Assembly (NCBI GenBank): GCA_022605425.2
Contig: JAKIMF020000011.1
Location: 186,001-250,000 of the forward strand
Reading direction: 5' to 3'
Origin: Hamiltosporidium tvaerminnensis FI-OER-3-3
Taxonomy: Eukaryota; Fungi; Microsporidia
DNA length: 64,000 nucleotides
Position numbers and translations under genes: made by a program. This document shows, one piece after another, positions 14,962-28,004 of this stretch (position 1 is the first letter of the stretch; each line of letters starts with the position of its first letter). The notes under the pieces were generated by a model, which was not told the DNA's origin, made no database searches, and saw only the letters and a program-made list of their open reading frames with translations.

Positions 14962-16514
14962 ATGAAACCGATCATATTTTTATTTTATATCTTGGTGACT
15001 TATACTGTTACTAATAAAAGGAATAAACAGATAAAGATGTTACAAAAAAAAAGTAAACCGAAAACAATAAAATCTATTCCGGATTTTGTCATTTATAATG
15101 ATAAAAATTCATTGGTATATAAAATACTTCTTAACAAACCTCATATAGAAGGCATATCTAATTACCTATCGACAATATTTAATAGATATTTGAATCAAGA
15201 ATCTTTTGAAACAAAAATAAAAGAAATTGTTTCTGATTTTAAGAAAATCCCACACAATGAGAAGAATTATGAGGAATTATATGACACAGTAAGTTCATAC
15301 TTAGAAAATCAACTTGATGATCATAAAGAAATGTTTTTAACAAAATATAAAACTGATGAAATTAGAAAACAGTTTTTTGAGTATATGTTTAGAACCTCGA
15401 AAAACGAAATTTGTATTCCGGATTCATATTTTTTAGCTCCTGCGATAAAATACTCTGTGTCTAAGCTTGGAGTGTGCACGAGTTTTAAAACTTCAGAAGA
15501 GGTTTTCCTGAAAAATATTGAAAAAACTGGAACACTTGAAAATGATATTATTATAAATGTGTTGATTAGACGTTTCGAAAATTTTATATTATATATTCAA
15601 ACTTTTTTGCCAATTATCAAGATTTTTGTAACTTTCTTGTGAAAAATGATTGTAGAAATCTGTTGTATAAAAAAGATTCTTCGAAAAAAATCATTTTTTT
15701 CAACAAAAATCACTTCAAGACGGTATAATCACGGAAAAATCATTTTGTGGAGATATAATGAAACAAATAATTGCAAAATCAAAATATTTTGCAAACGAGA
15801 AGTTTCACTTTGCCTATGAAAATGTCCAGCAGATTTGCCCGAATCATATAATCTAAATACCGGAACATAGATTTCATTTTTTTGGTAATTTTGATATTCA
15901 GATGAAGTAAAAACTACAGAGTATTTAAACAAATTAAGTGATGTGAACACATCAAAAGACCAAAAAAAATCAGAAATTCTTTCTGAAGAATCATCGGCTT
16001 TAAATAAGACTACTTGCATTGAATTAAAAATGAATTTTAAGGCTTTCTTGGATCAGCAAAAAACTAGAAGAAAGGAAACACATAAAAAAAAGAATTTAAA
16101 CATTTATTTTCCTTTTGATTTTAACGAAATGTATACTAAATTTCTAAATCATGATCAAACAAAAATATTTGAAAAAATTCAAATAAAAAAGGATTCTGAA
16201 AGGTGTAATTATTTTTCAGTTCAGACTATCTTTACATTGGTAACAAAATATTTTAAAACTAATCAACTTACTTTGACACACAAATATTAGAAAATATTTT
16301 CAAAGAAATATTGGAACTTTTAAAAGAAATAGATCTATTTTATTTTTTGCAAATTATTCCTGAAAATTTTAATCATTTCCAATTAGGTTTTGCGTTCGCA
16401 AAAGCAATTTATTCTAATTGCAAGTTAAGCGACTTTGAAAGGAAAAATCCGGACATTGTCAAAGAAATTAATCTACATACAGCGGAAATATATACAACAA
16501 ATTTAAAGCCTTGA
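14962..16514 (+). pseudogene. Fragmented hypothetical (possibly secreted) protein gene
   Basis: 226-aa ORF with hydrophobic N-terminus (MKPIIFLFYILVTYT), then same-strand coding-like pieces 15943-16290 (same frame) and 16311-16514, separated by stops and a frameshift. Confidence 0.45.
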
Positions 16515-16738
16515 TTGAAAAATCAAAAAGCAAGTATTTCAAAAAAAGCCTTTAAAATACAAACAAAAGTAAAAATTTTAATAAATTTACTTATCTACTC
16601 TTCTTTTCTAAAAAAACGTCTAAATTTTTTCACAAATATCAAGATTATTATTAATAAATTTATTAATTTCAAGAATGGAATATAATATAAATGGTAATAT
16701 ATAGATTATATTTGACTATTTCAACCCGGCATTGGTGT

Positions 16739-17524
16739 TTATTCATTTTTTATCGGTTTTTTTCTTTCCGCAATTCTTTTGGAATATGTCTGCTTAGAAA
16801 ATTGATTGAACAAACCAAATAACACAGCAACATAAAATACATTGCTCAACAATGCCAGTACTTTAAACGAAGTAAAAATATTTTCATTTTTAAGTAAATC
16901 TCCTTTAAAAATATGAATTAAAATAAAAATATTTCCCATAACAAATTGTGTCATCTGCATTTTTGTAATAAGATGCTTGTATTTAGTTTTAATTCCAAGG
17001 CACGTCAAAGAATAATAAGCATACATTATAGTATGAACAAATGAATTAAGAACTACAAATATCCAAGGAACATGTGATTCACATTTGGCAAGCATCCAAC
17101 AACAAATAATAGCACCTGCATGGTGATACATCTGTAAGAAAGAAGTTCTTTTTTTATTTACGTGTAAAATTATTGTGTCAATTATTTCATAATATTTTGA
17201 TAAATAAAAAAGTTTCGTCCAAAAGATCATTTTTTTATACAAAAATTTATTTCCGTCATTTAAAAAATTGTAAAACGTACTTTTTTTATAGCAATCTAAT
17301 AAAATATTGTAAGTTTTATAAAATACGATTCCACTAAAAACACATAAAATTAGATTATGAAGAACCATCATTAAAGTAAGTAATGAAAATTTCTTTCTTT
17401 GTGGTGGTGTTACTTGTGATATTCTTTTATTTTCGTACTGAACATAAGCCATATAAAGAAATGAAGAAATAACAGGTGTTTTCCAGTCCATTATAAAAGT
17501 ATCGAATTTATCTTTAAATTCCAT
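16739..17524 (-). CDS. Fatty acid elongase, ELO/GNS1/SUR4 family
   Basis: FYLSKYYEIIDT, FLQMYHHAG, NSFVHTIMYAYY, ITKMQMTQF motifs. Start moved to ATG at 17524 (MEFKDK), preceded by CCCTTAT. Confidence 0.93.
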   Translation of the reverse strand: MEFKDKFDTFIMDWKTPVISSFLYMAYVQYENKRISQVTPPQRKKFSLLTLMMVLHNLILCVFSGIVFYKTYNILLDCYKKSTFYNFLNDGNKFLYKKMIFWTKLFYLSKYYEIIDTIILHVNKKRTSFLQMYHHAGAIICCWMLAKCESHVPWIFVVLNSFVHTIMYAYYSLTCLGIKTKYKHLITKMQMTQFVMGNIFILIHIFKGDLLKNENIFTSFKVLALLSNVFYVAVLFGLFNQFSKQTYSKRIAERKKPIKNE

Positions 17525-18149
17525 ATAAGGGTATTCTTTTTTAAGAATTTTTATGATTAAATGATTAACCCATTTTGATTTAAAAATATATTTTAGAATA
17601 AAAGATTTTTTAAAAAAAATATTAAATAGAAAAAAAAATATGAAATTGAGAAATAGGTAATTTAAGTTAAAATTTATATAATCATTTGAAAAGGAATGAT
17701 ACAAAAATATTCTAAAGGTGTATTAAAATATATATTAGTCGTTTTGGTGTAATAGGAAAAATACTGTTTTGAACAAAAAAAAATTGCGTTTAACGATGCC
17801 AACTCTAAAAGATGCTAAAATTATATTTGATTTCATCTTTTAAAACAATCAAACGAATTTTTAACTTATATTAGAACGCTAATAACCGAGCATTATTATA
17901 TTATAGAATTTGTAGAAATTACTTATTTGTTAAAATTATAATTAAAAATTTTATCTTTGTTTTAATATTCTCTTCTAACATTTTAATCTCTGAATTTGTG
18001 TATTTCTTAAATTCTCTTTATAATTTATATGACTATTCTTCTGATTTGCTGTCTTAATCTAAAGATAGGATTATATTATATTTTTTTTTACGTGTTTACC
18101 AAATATTCTCGGTGCCTGTCTCATATAGATTTTTGATTTACATACCTTT

Positions 18150-18800
18150 CAATTCTAAATAACGCTTTAGATCAAAGTTCTTCGGAATTCGTTTTCTGCT
18201 CAAGCTCTTTTTAAAGTTCAAGATAATAATTCTGAATATTTTCTTACGGATAACGATTTAAGTATATCTCTATATTTAAAGTTGTTTGAAGTCTTTTAAG
18301 ATAAATATGTGGTGTTTTGTCACATTACCGTTCAATTTATTCCATAGGTGATTATCTGAACACTGAAGCATTAAATGAGACCTATTTGAGTAGATTAAAG
18401 AGCATGCTTTAGCTATTTTTTAAGTTTAAGAAATTTGAGTGTGAATTCTTACTTCAATAAAGTTTATGATGTTTTTACTTTGTATAAAGTATATTTTTGG
18501 GTCATTTATTCTAAATTCGACAGTAGTTTTTTTTGATTTCCTCTTGATTTTACGTATACATTCTCAAGGAATTCTTAACCAACCAATTGACTCGAATTCT
18601 TTTCTTTATTTCAATTTATAGCTATTGTTAGAAGGTAGGTATTGGCATCTAACTTCTTCATGATGCTATCTATGTAGTTATGCCTAAGAAATTTTTAACT
18701 TCGAGTAGTAAAATGTCTATATTTCACCGGATTTTGACTGTGTAATTATCCGCTTTTTTGCTTGACCTATAAAAAAAATAATTTTTAGAATTTTATATAC
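18150..18800 (-). mobile_element. Old degenerate copy of the RLE-type non-LTR retrotransposon
   Basis: Reverse complement aligns by eye to ~62820-63400 (GGTAATGTGACAAAACACCAC..CTTAAAAGACT vs GGTATTGTGACAAAATACCAT..CTTAAAAGACT; CATCATGAAGAAGTTAGATGCC vs CATAATGAAGTGGTTAGATGCC). Confidence 0.75.
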
Positions 18801-21800
18801 TTTTTTAAATTTAACGATTTGGTTCTTTACTTAGTTAAACGTCAATTTAAATTTTCAACCACTTTTAATACCGGATATTTCAACCTTTGGTTAAATAAAG
18901 TGATGAATACCTTGAACTTAATATTCAAATACCGTATATTTCTTAGAATCATTACATTCTTTACCTTTTTAAATTTAGCTTGTAGTTCCATAAATATTTC
19001 AATAAAGAAATGAGATGATCATGAATTGTAAAATAGAAGGTTTCTTATATTGTGAATTTTAAATGTGTGAAAAATATTTAGGAATCTTATGATATAAAGT
19101 TAGAAATTAATTGTAAAAAATTTAAGAAAACATAAACATTTAAATTAGACTATTTGCTTAAATTTTTCTAACTATATCTTAGCGTTTCAAAATTATCTAA
19201 ATATTAGGGTCTGAATTTTTGGTACTGAATTTTTTATTCTAAATTTTGAACTTTGAATTAAATCGCGAACTTACATATTTTAGTTGGTTATCGTTACGTA
19301 CTGGCAGACAAGTTCCAAAAAATGATAAAAATAGGGGTTTTTCCTTAATTATGAATCTTTTTTATAGAAATCTCTGATCCAATGTTTTTTTAGTAAAATT
19401 GTAATCCAATTTTCGCACTCTTTTATGAATATTTTTTTTCACTTTTGGGTTTTTTTCTGAAGTGGTTTTTTCGTTGAAATATAAACAGTGTCTGCTTTTT
19501 TCTTATTACTTCGAAGTGTAAAAACAATATTATTTTCAGAATTCTTCATGTATTTTATTGATATAACGAAATCTTAACTTCAACCAGAAATCTAAGCCAT
19601 TTATTGGAATTTATTTTCAATATTAATTTATATAAAAAACCACGAAAAAGTTTTAGTTTCGACATCTAATGTGTATAAAAGGCATTTATAATACTTTCTT
19701 ATAATTTAAAGATTTTATTATGAACTAAAATTCTGGTTATATAATTAAAAGTATACAATTCTGTATAATCAATGAAATACATCCTTCGAAAAAGTGAATA
19801 AAGAGGTTTCTTTAACTTTCAAAAGCATATATTTAAAATTTTTTTTTATTTCATGATTTATTTTGAAAGCTAAAAGTTTTTATACTCAATGTTTAATTTT
19901 ATTGAAATTTGCTGTTATATCAAAATGAAAAATTGGAAATTAAAAAGTCTATATTAGTTAAAAATATATTGTTTTCTTTTTACTTTTTTACATTAGTACT
20001 CTTGGGGCGCCAAAATATAAAGACTAAGTCGGCGTAAGGTAACTATTAATATTATTTCTGATTTTTGTTGTTTAATTATTTTCTTTATGTTATTAATTTA
20101 AATAAATTAGATAAATTAAACAAAACCTACCGATAATATAAAAAATTGGTAATTTTCTACAAATATATCGTTTAAATATAAAAATATTACCAGAATATAA
20201 AGAATTTACAAGCTTTAAACGGGTATTAGAAAAGTTTTAAACTAAAATTCACTTAAGAATATTTTGGAAAGTTTATGTTCATATAAATTTATGAAAAGGT
20301 AATAAAGTGTAATTTACTTCGGATTTCATATAAAATTTTCCAATTGCTTTAAATTTAGTATCAGTGTGCCTTATATGTATTTTATGGAAAGCAGTAAAAA
20401 AATTTCTTTTTTAAAGCTTTATTAAAAGAAATAAACTATTTCATTATGAAAATTTACTAATATACAGAGATAATAAAACCTAAATCTGAATTCATTATCG
20501 AATGAAATCTATTCAATTTATAATTAAGAAGGAATTGAAAATTTATTAATTGTAAATTCATTAAGTTACGCAATATTTGATTCTTAAATAAAATAAAATA
20601 ATATTTTTCAGCTTTTATAAATATTTTAGATTTTATAGACCTATACTCAGATTATCTTGCAAAAATTTTAAATTTTTAAAACAAAAAAATGCTTTTATAA
20701 AGAAGGAAAACTATTGTCTAACTTCATATTATCAGTCATAAAACGAATCTTAATTAGAATATCGTGTTTTTATTTGAATTATTTATCTCTAACGTTCTGT
20801 AAATATGTGTGATAATTGCTAATATTAATGAAAATACCAATTTTATATTGATGAAGTTCTTTAAACTATTTTTATTAAGAATGATTAAAAGTAGTAACCT
20901 TATTTACTAACTTGTTCTGGTCTTCTTATACTTCTCGGTGTTGAAGATAAAGTTATAAAATTATGAGTCATAATAGGAAATATTATAAACAAAACAAAAA
21001 AGAAATAATGCCACTTCTGTGATCATATTTCATCCATATATATATCAAATACGATATCGAAATAAGATTATAATCCTAATTCTTTCAAAAATACAATATA
21101 AATATAAAATATTTTGTATGTGCTTTTTAATTATACCCAATAACGATAAAAAAAACCATTAAATATTTATTAAAAAAATTATTTGAAATATTAATTCTTC
21201 TCAAATCACTATTTAAAGTATAAGTAACTTAAAAATGTGAATAGCGTGTTGTGTATCTTAATTCCCATTGAAATAACTTTTTTAAGAAAATTAAGAAAGT
21301 CTGTGACATATAATTTGATCTAAGAAATTCGCTAAAAATTTAAATCAAATTTAAAATGTTCATTTTAATCAAAAAAGATATTTATAGTCATTTTTTAGAT
21401 ATTATTTTTTCCTATCTTTATGATAAACTTCTAAAACATCCTACACAATAAAAAACGCACAATTTATCTTTTATATGTTGATAATATAATATTATTGAAT
21501 TCTGTTATTGTATTTCTACTCAAAATCTTTGATTTGAATCGGAAAGATGTTTAGATCTTCCAATTTTAGAGTAGCATGAACTTTTTTTTCCTTTGAATAG
21601 AGTATGACATAAAATGAAGTATATGTGTGTTTTTCTAAATCATATCTTAGTATTTTCTTGATTTTGCAAGATATAGACTGCTTTACTTTACACGATCACT
21701 TAATCATTGTTTTGGTTTACGTTGGTTTTAAGTCTGAAAAGAAGGCATTTTCTATTTGTGAATACTATATCAGAATAAAAACTTCATCATATTTAAGAAT

Positions 21801-22917
21801 ATGAGTATCAAGTATAATTTATAACTTATGAGAATTAAAAAAACGAAATTTTTCATGATTTGTTGTTCTGAAAATATTTACCTCATGAATTGAAGATGCT
21901 ATAGAGTTTGAAAGTCGTAAAAAGTGAATGTAATATTCATTTTGGCACGAATAGAACTCTTATTTTTTTAGTATTTCTTGTGAAATACGCATTATATTTG
22001 ATTGTTTGGATTTAAATTTCCTAAGAAAAAATGCTTGAAGTTCAAATTCCGTTTTGAAAGCCAGTAATTACTGTATGAGCATTCGTAGAGCAACAAGACA
22101 GAAATAACTTTGGTTATAGAATATAGGAAGTATTTTTAAGTCAAATCAAATTAATTTTATAATATAATTCGACATTTTGTGTATAAAAAGTATTTTAGAC
22201 TATAAATTCCTTGATTAATTTTTTTACAATTTCAATCAAGATTATCTTGATTATTACTTTAAATTATAAATTAATCTTGGGTTGTTTTGTTTAATAAAGA
22301 AAATTAATCGTATAGTTTATTTTAAAGTTTAAGCACTCAAAATGCCTGGCTAATTTCTTAAGAAAAGGTTAGGGTTATTTTTGGAAGAATCTAGTATTAT
22401 GTATAAATGTATATAGTAATTACTTTATGTTATAGCGATAACTATTGGCATTTAATAAATATACTTTTACTTATAAAGACTATTTTCTATTTAGAAAAAT
22501 GATTAAAAAAAATTAAAATTTGATGAGATATGAAAATAGCCTTTTCTGGTTCCAAAGAACAAATAAAGAAAGACAAACAACCTATATATATTAAATTAAA
22601 GTAAAAACCAAAATGTTTATATTTTCATTTTTACTCAAAGTATAAAATTTTTTATAATAGATCTATAACCAAGTACTCCTAAATTGAAAGAATATAAAAT
22701 TTTTAAAAATAGATGAAATTAGATGTAAATAGAGCAATAAAATTGTAGAGAAAGTTAAATATTTGACAGCCCAATATGAACTTAGTAGTTTACTAAAATT
22801 TTATCAATTTTCATCTATTAGTCATTTATAAAATTCGATTAAAAAGTTTATTTATTAGAAGTCTTATTAAAAGACTAAAAAGAGTCAAAAGTACTTAACT
22901 GATATTTTTATAATAAT

Positions 22918-23115
22918 TATTTTCTATTTTCTATTTTCTATTTTCTATTTTCTATTTTCTATTTTCTATTTTCAAACATTTCAAAATTTTCTATTTTCTA
23001 TTTTCTATTTTCTATTTTCTATTTTCTATTTTCTATTTTCTATTTTCTATTTTCTATTTTCTATTTTCTATTTTCTATTTTCAAACATTTCAAAATTTTC
23101 TATTTTCTATTTTAT
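22918..23115. repeat. (TATTTTC)n heptamer microsatellite
   Basis: Long 7-bp tandem array interrupted twice by CAAACATTTCAAA, just upstream of the Pus3 gene. Confidence 0.95.
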
Positions 23116-23218
23116 TTTTAGAAATGGTATTTATATTTTCTGTTCCTTGCATTCGCTTTTCTCAAAAAACAATTTTTTTTTAACATTTATTTCTTTAAAA
23201 AAATTCCGTTTTTTTCGA

Positions 23219-24238
23219 ATGGTTAAAAATAAAAACGAATCAATTGAAAAATCAAAATATGAAAAATATTTGCATTCACTTTCCAAAGATCAACTAATAA
23301 AAATAATTTTTCCACCTGTAAATTTTATAAAGAATAAATACATAAAATCGTACAAAAAAATTGCATTGAAATTTTCATATTACGGAAAGAATTTTTATGG
23401 TTTAGTTATGCAAGATAACAAAGATACTGTTGAATTAAGAATATTAAGAGTGATGTATTATAACGGATTAATAAATTCTTTTACATCAAATGATATATCA
23501 TTTGCCGGTAGAACTGATGCAGGTGTAAGTGCAAAGAATATGGTAATGTCTGTAACTTTCCCTTCAATTCGTACTGAAGATGAAAACAGTAATATTTTAA
23601 AAAATACAGTTGAAAAAAATAATTCAAATGAAAATTTTATTTTAGAGAAAAACAAAGAATACGATTATATAAAAATGCTAAATAGTGGTTTACCAGAAGA
23701 AATATTAATACATTCTTATTCTTTGGTACCAAAAGATTTTGATGCTCGGCATTCATGTATTTCAAGAAAATATAAATATTTTTTTCGAAGTAATAATTTG
23801 AACATAAATTTAATGAAAGAAATTTGTAAATATTTTTTTGAGGTAAAAAATTTTGAAAATTTTTGTAAAAAATCCAAGGAAAAAGAATTTAAAAAGAAAG
23901 GACTTGAAATAGACAAAGCATATTATTGTAGATCATTGACCAGCATATCTATAGAGATGGTTGAGGATTCTGTTTATTGTCTGAATATAAAAGCCAAATC
24001 ATTTTTACACAATATGGTAAGAAAAATATTTTGGGTTTTACAACAGGTTGGTTTAAACAATTCAATTGATATTTTTTATAAAATTCTTAATGGTGATGTT
24101 CAGTGTGGGACTGCAAAAGCTGAGAATCTATTATTTTATGGATGTGAATATGATGAAAATTTATATTTTTTAGGAAGTAATGAAAACAAAAATGATTATA
24201 TAATTGAAAAATTTATTAAATCGGAAATATACAAATGA
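23219..24238 (+). CDS. PUS3: tRNA pseudouridine synthase, TruA family (Pus3/Deg1-like)
   Basis: IALKFSYYGKNFYG, catalytic AGRTDAGVSA, FDARHSCISRKYKYFF, FLHNMVRKI. First ATG at 23219 (MVKNK). Confidence 0.88.
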   Translation: MVKNKNESIEKSKYEKYLHSLSKDQLIKIIFPPVNFIKNKYIKSYKKIALKFSYYGKNFYGLVMQDNKDTVELRILRVMYYNGLINSFTSNDISFAGRTDAGVSAKNMVMSVTFPSIRTEDENSNILKNTVEKNNSNENFILEKNKEYDYIKMLNSGLPEEILIHSYSLVPKDFDARHSCISRKYKYFFRSNNLNINLMKEICKYFFEVKNFENFCKKSKEKEFKKKGLEIDKAYYCRSLTSISIEMVEDSVYCLNIKAKSFLHNMVRKIFWVLQQVGLNNSIDIFYKILNGDVQCGTAKAENLLFYGCEYDENLYFLGSNENKNDYIIEKFIKSEIYK

Positions 24239-24390
24239 GAAGATCTTTTTGGGTGTTTTTTATATTTTATACTGATTTAAAGACTAGAATATTGAATGAG
24301 ATACGTGTTTAATTTTGATTTTTACTTTTTAATTTTCAAAAACATCTAAATTGGGAAATTATGTTTTTTTTAGAAAATTGAAACAAATAT

Positions 24391-24502
24391 AATGAAGAGT
24401 CGGATTTAGAAGAAAAAACTACTGTGGTAAAAGAGGTGGAAGAAAATATATAAAAATGGTAAAAAAAAAATATTTTAATTTAGAATTTTATTAAATAAAT
24501 AA
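24391..24502 (+). mobile_element. ~110-bp 3'-terminal stub of the RLE-type retrotransposon
   Basis: AATGAAGAGTCGGATTTAGAAGAA...AAAAATGGTAAAA...AGAATTTTATTAAATAAA matches 63568-63671. Degenerate TSD TTAGAAAATT at 24370 and 24503. Confidence 0.85.
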
Positions 24503-26843
24503 TTAGAAAATTAAAAAAATATGCTTTTCCGTTAAAATTAATCAATATAATACACCAAAACCTCTTTTATATTTAAATAAGATATTTATAAGGAAATAAT
24601 CATATAATTAAAAGGTAAATAAAATATCTAAATTTTATAATAGAACCATGATTTTTATTCGCTTAAAATCTAATTGAAATTCTTATTGAAATTCTTATTA
24701 AAATACTTTTTAATATTTATTTAATATTTTATGAGTAAAATAATTTTATAGCTTAAAAGTAATTTTGGAATTTATATTCTTAGAATCTGTGGTAATAATT
24801 AAAAGTTATAAAATAATCGAGTGTTTTCTATTAATAAAATATTAAATAAATGTGTTTGGAGATATTTTTCGAGTAATTTTAATAATTTATAATATATTGC
24901 ATCTGATTTAATTATACACAGTTAGTCATGTTTTCTGGTTAAATAAACTATAAAAAAAGTATTTGTATTATCATATTCTTTATTTAAATAATAGTTTGGT
25001 TGAAATTATTATAAGATTAAATATTTTATGTGATTCAAGAACTTTTGTAGATTTATTTTTAAAATTCCGGTGTGTTTTGATTAAATTTCTTATCTGAAAA
25101 AAAAGAGTAAAATTTTAGAAACACTATAAAATTAAACTTAGATATATTATATAACAGTAAAATCATAATTATATTTTCCTTAGAGTGAACCTAAAAAAAG
25201 GTATGAGCCATTTTTTTATAAACCGAGATAATTTGACAAAGAAAAAATTAAAGAATCAAAGAAAAAACGTAACAATATGTCATACAAGGAGATGAAATAT
25301 AGATATGATTCATACTATCACTAAAAGTATATACTATTTGTTAGAAAGTGTTCAGCAAGCTAATATTAAAATTAATTGAGATAAAAGCTGAAACGAAATG
25401 GTTGAAACTACCACTTCGATATTAAATATAGTAAATCAGTAAACTCTAAAAACGTGTAAATAAAAGACATATAGATAGATTTATACTTTGGACTGAAAGA
25501 AATCACAAAGTATTTGATGTTTTTACTGCATTTAAATTTTATTAAATTGTCGATTAAATTTAATTTTTATAAATAATCGGGGAATTAATAATACATTACC
25601 AGCAGAGAAATATATTTCTATATGATATATGATATATGATTAAAAATAATAATTAACTTTTTTATGTAAACCTGGGATTATTAAATATACCAAATATGTT
25701 TTTTAAAGAGAAATGTGCTATGTTGTTTACAGGAATTCAAAGCCTTCCTGGTTGAAAAAATGTAACTGCTGTCCAAAAACACTATCGATATTCGATATGA
25801 TTTTTACATATCTATGGTTTTATCTTGAAAAATGCGTAAATCCATTTAATGAATGATAGGCGCAATCAGGGGATGTATTTCGCTTTCATGGATTTTATCT
25901 GGATTGTATTTAACCTCAAACGCCTCCGGACAATGTGGCTTTTCTTCTTACTTTAGGATTTTTAAACAAATAGACTAACACACAAGATGTATCTCGAATA
26001 TCTATGTAGATTTCTTTGAAGCGATAGCATATCAAAATTTATAAAATGCTGCTTCGATTACCTGGCTTTGAAATGGTATTTTTTGTGTCTTCTAAGCATC
26101 TGGTCTTATATCCGAGTGATTAAGGCTTGTATTCCAGGTTTACACATATCGATTACCTAAAAAACCAGTCATGTTGTAAAATTTGATACATTTCGAAAAA
26201 AAAGTAATTATTTAGATTTTTTAGATTTTTGTAGACTCGCTATTTGTAAATAAATTTAATAAATTAAAAAAAAAGGTATGATTTCTACCTAATAGAAATC
26301 GAAACAATGATATGAACACCGATTTCATTTCATTATTTTATAACGGTATATTTTAAAAGTATTTTCCTCTTCAATAAGTCGGGTATACTCAATTTTTATT
26401 ATATGATATTACTAGAAAAAATAATTTAAATATCTGTTTTAATTTGATTGTATTGATTTTTCTCAAATAGATTTAAACATAATATTACATGACAAATGAA
26501 TTGGAAACATCCGGTGAAATTTGATTTAAGTGATTTATTTTTCAAACCGTTTTTAATTTAATTTTTTAAAAAAAAGCTTTTAAGGAAAATAAAATTTTTT
26601 TAATTTAATTTTTTTTAAATCAATTTACTAAATATAAAAATATGAATAATTTAAGAATATTATTATATATTGGGTTATACTTTAAATTTTTTTTAATATT
26701 TCTCTTTTGGAATTATGTAAAGAAATTTATCAATTACTATATAAGTAAATTTATTTTAAATTTATATTTTAAATCTTTTTAATTTTCTTTTTTCGTAAAT
26801 TAGGTTATAATTTCAAATTTATGGAAATTTATTTTTGAAAAAC

Positions 26844-28004
26844 ATGGATGAAATAACTATCGAAACTATTGTTAAACGTGGAAATCTAGCTAAAACGGAA
26901 GAAGTTATACAAACTGCAGGTGACAGTGAAAATAGTACCATGAAAGAAGAATTTAGAAAAAGTGACAGTTCTGAAGCAAAACAAGTTGCTCAAATAATTT
27001 TAGATTCTAATGAAGAAGAAGATATTTCTAAGATTAAAAATGATTTCCCGAAATCTGGTATAAATATTGTGGGAAGTGTAGATAGTAGAGGGAATCAAGA
27101 TGCTAGAGATTATAGAAATATAAAAGATATAACTTCTGCTATGGATTTTTGCGCTTTAAAATCGCAATCTAGCTCTGAAACTATACCCACTAGTTTTTCT
27201 GGTGGGTTAAAAGACGAAACATCCAGACAGGCATCTTCACGTGAAATTGATCCAAACTCAATTACTATTGGAGAAAATATACCTGGCATGGGAAAACTAA
27301 GCTCGAATTATTCGCCTCCGGGGAAATATATGCCAGTTGCCGAAGTTAATCAATCCGGAAATACTTTACCTAAACAAAAACGAGTCTTTCCTCAGCAACC
27401 CCACTTTAAAATGTTGGAATCTAGTAATTATTCAGTTTCTGCTTTCGATTTAAATTATTCACCTTGGCAAAGTAATGATGCTCATCCAACTATTGAGTTT
27501 TCTGGTTTACCTCTAGTTAAATTCCCCGGAGTAAAATATGAAGGAAATTCGAATTTAACATTCTCCCAGGAATTATCACCACGTTCTGAATTAGAATATG
27601 AAAGCAGCATGAATCTTTCTAATTTTGCCGAAGCTCTACAAGTTTTCACACCAGATCTTGACGAAAGAGACGCAGATGAATCAGTAGCTTTTAATTCCCA
27701 AATATATTCAAAATCATCTAAGTATATTTACTTAGACATCTATTTAATTTTCTTCACCTCTTGTTTATTATGTGGCATAAGTATTTCAAATTACAATCAC
27801 TTAAATGATTTATTTTTAGCTACATCGTTACTTGCTATTCTTTTTTTAATAATCTTTTCATGTAATATTTTAGTAACTGAATCAAATCTAAAGAATAAAG
27901 ATAAAATATTTCATTTTATCAATAGTATCACTATTTTCACTACTATAGCTATTATACTTACATTTACATTAGGAGTATTTCAAAAATATTGGGTTAAAAA
28001 ATAA
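26844..28004 (+). CDS. Hypothetical membrane protein (S/E/P-rich N-terminus, ~3 C-terminal TM helices)
   Basis: Open 386-aa frame from ATG 26844, GC above background, three hydrophobic segments at the C-terminus; no family recognised. Confidence 0.8.
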   Translation: MDEITIETIVKRGNLAKTEEVIQTAGDSENSTMKEEFRKSDSSEAKQVAQIILDSNEEEDISKIKNDFPKSGINIVGSVDSRGNQDARDYRNIKDITSAMDFCALKSQSSSETIPTSFSGGLKDETSRQASSREIDPNSITIGENIPGMGKLSSNYSPPGKYMPVAEVNQSGNTLPKQKRVFPQQPHFKMLESSNYSVSAFDLNYSPWQSNDAHPTIEFSGLPLVKFPGVKYEGNSNLTFSQELSPRSELEYESSMNLSNFAEALQVFTPDLDERDADESVAFNSQIYSKSSKYIYLDIYLIFFTSCLLCGISISNYNHLNDLFLATSLLAILFLIIFSCNILVTESNLKNKDKIFHFINSITIFTTIAIILTFTLGVFQKYWVKK

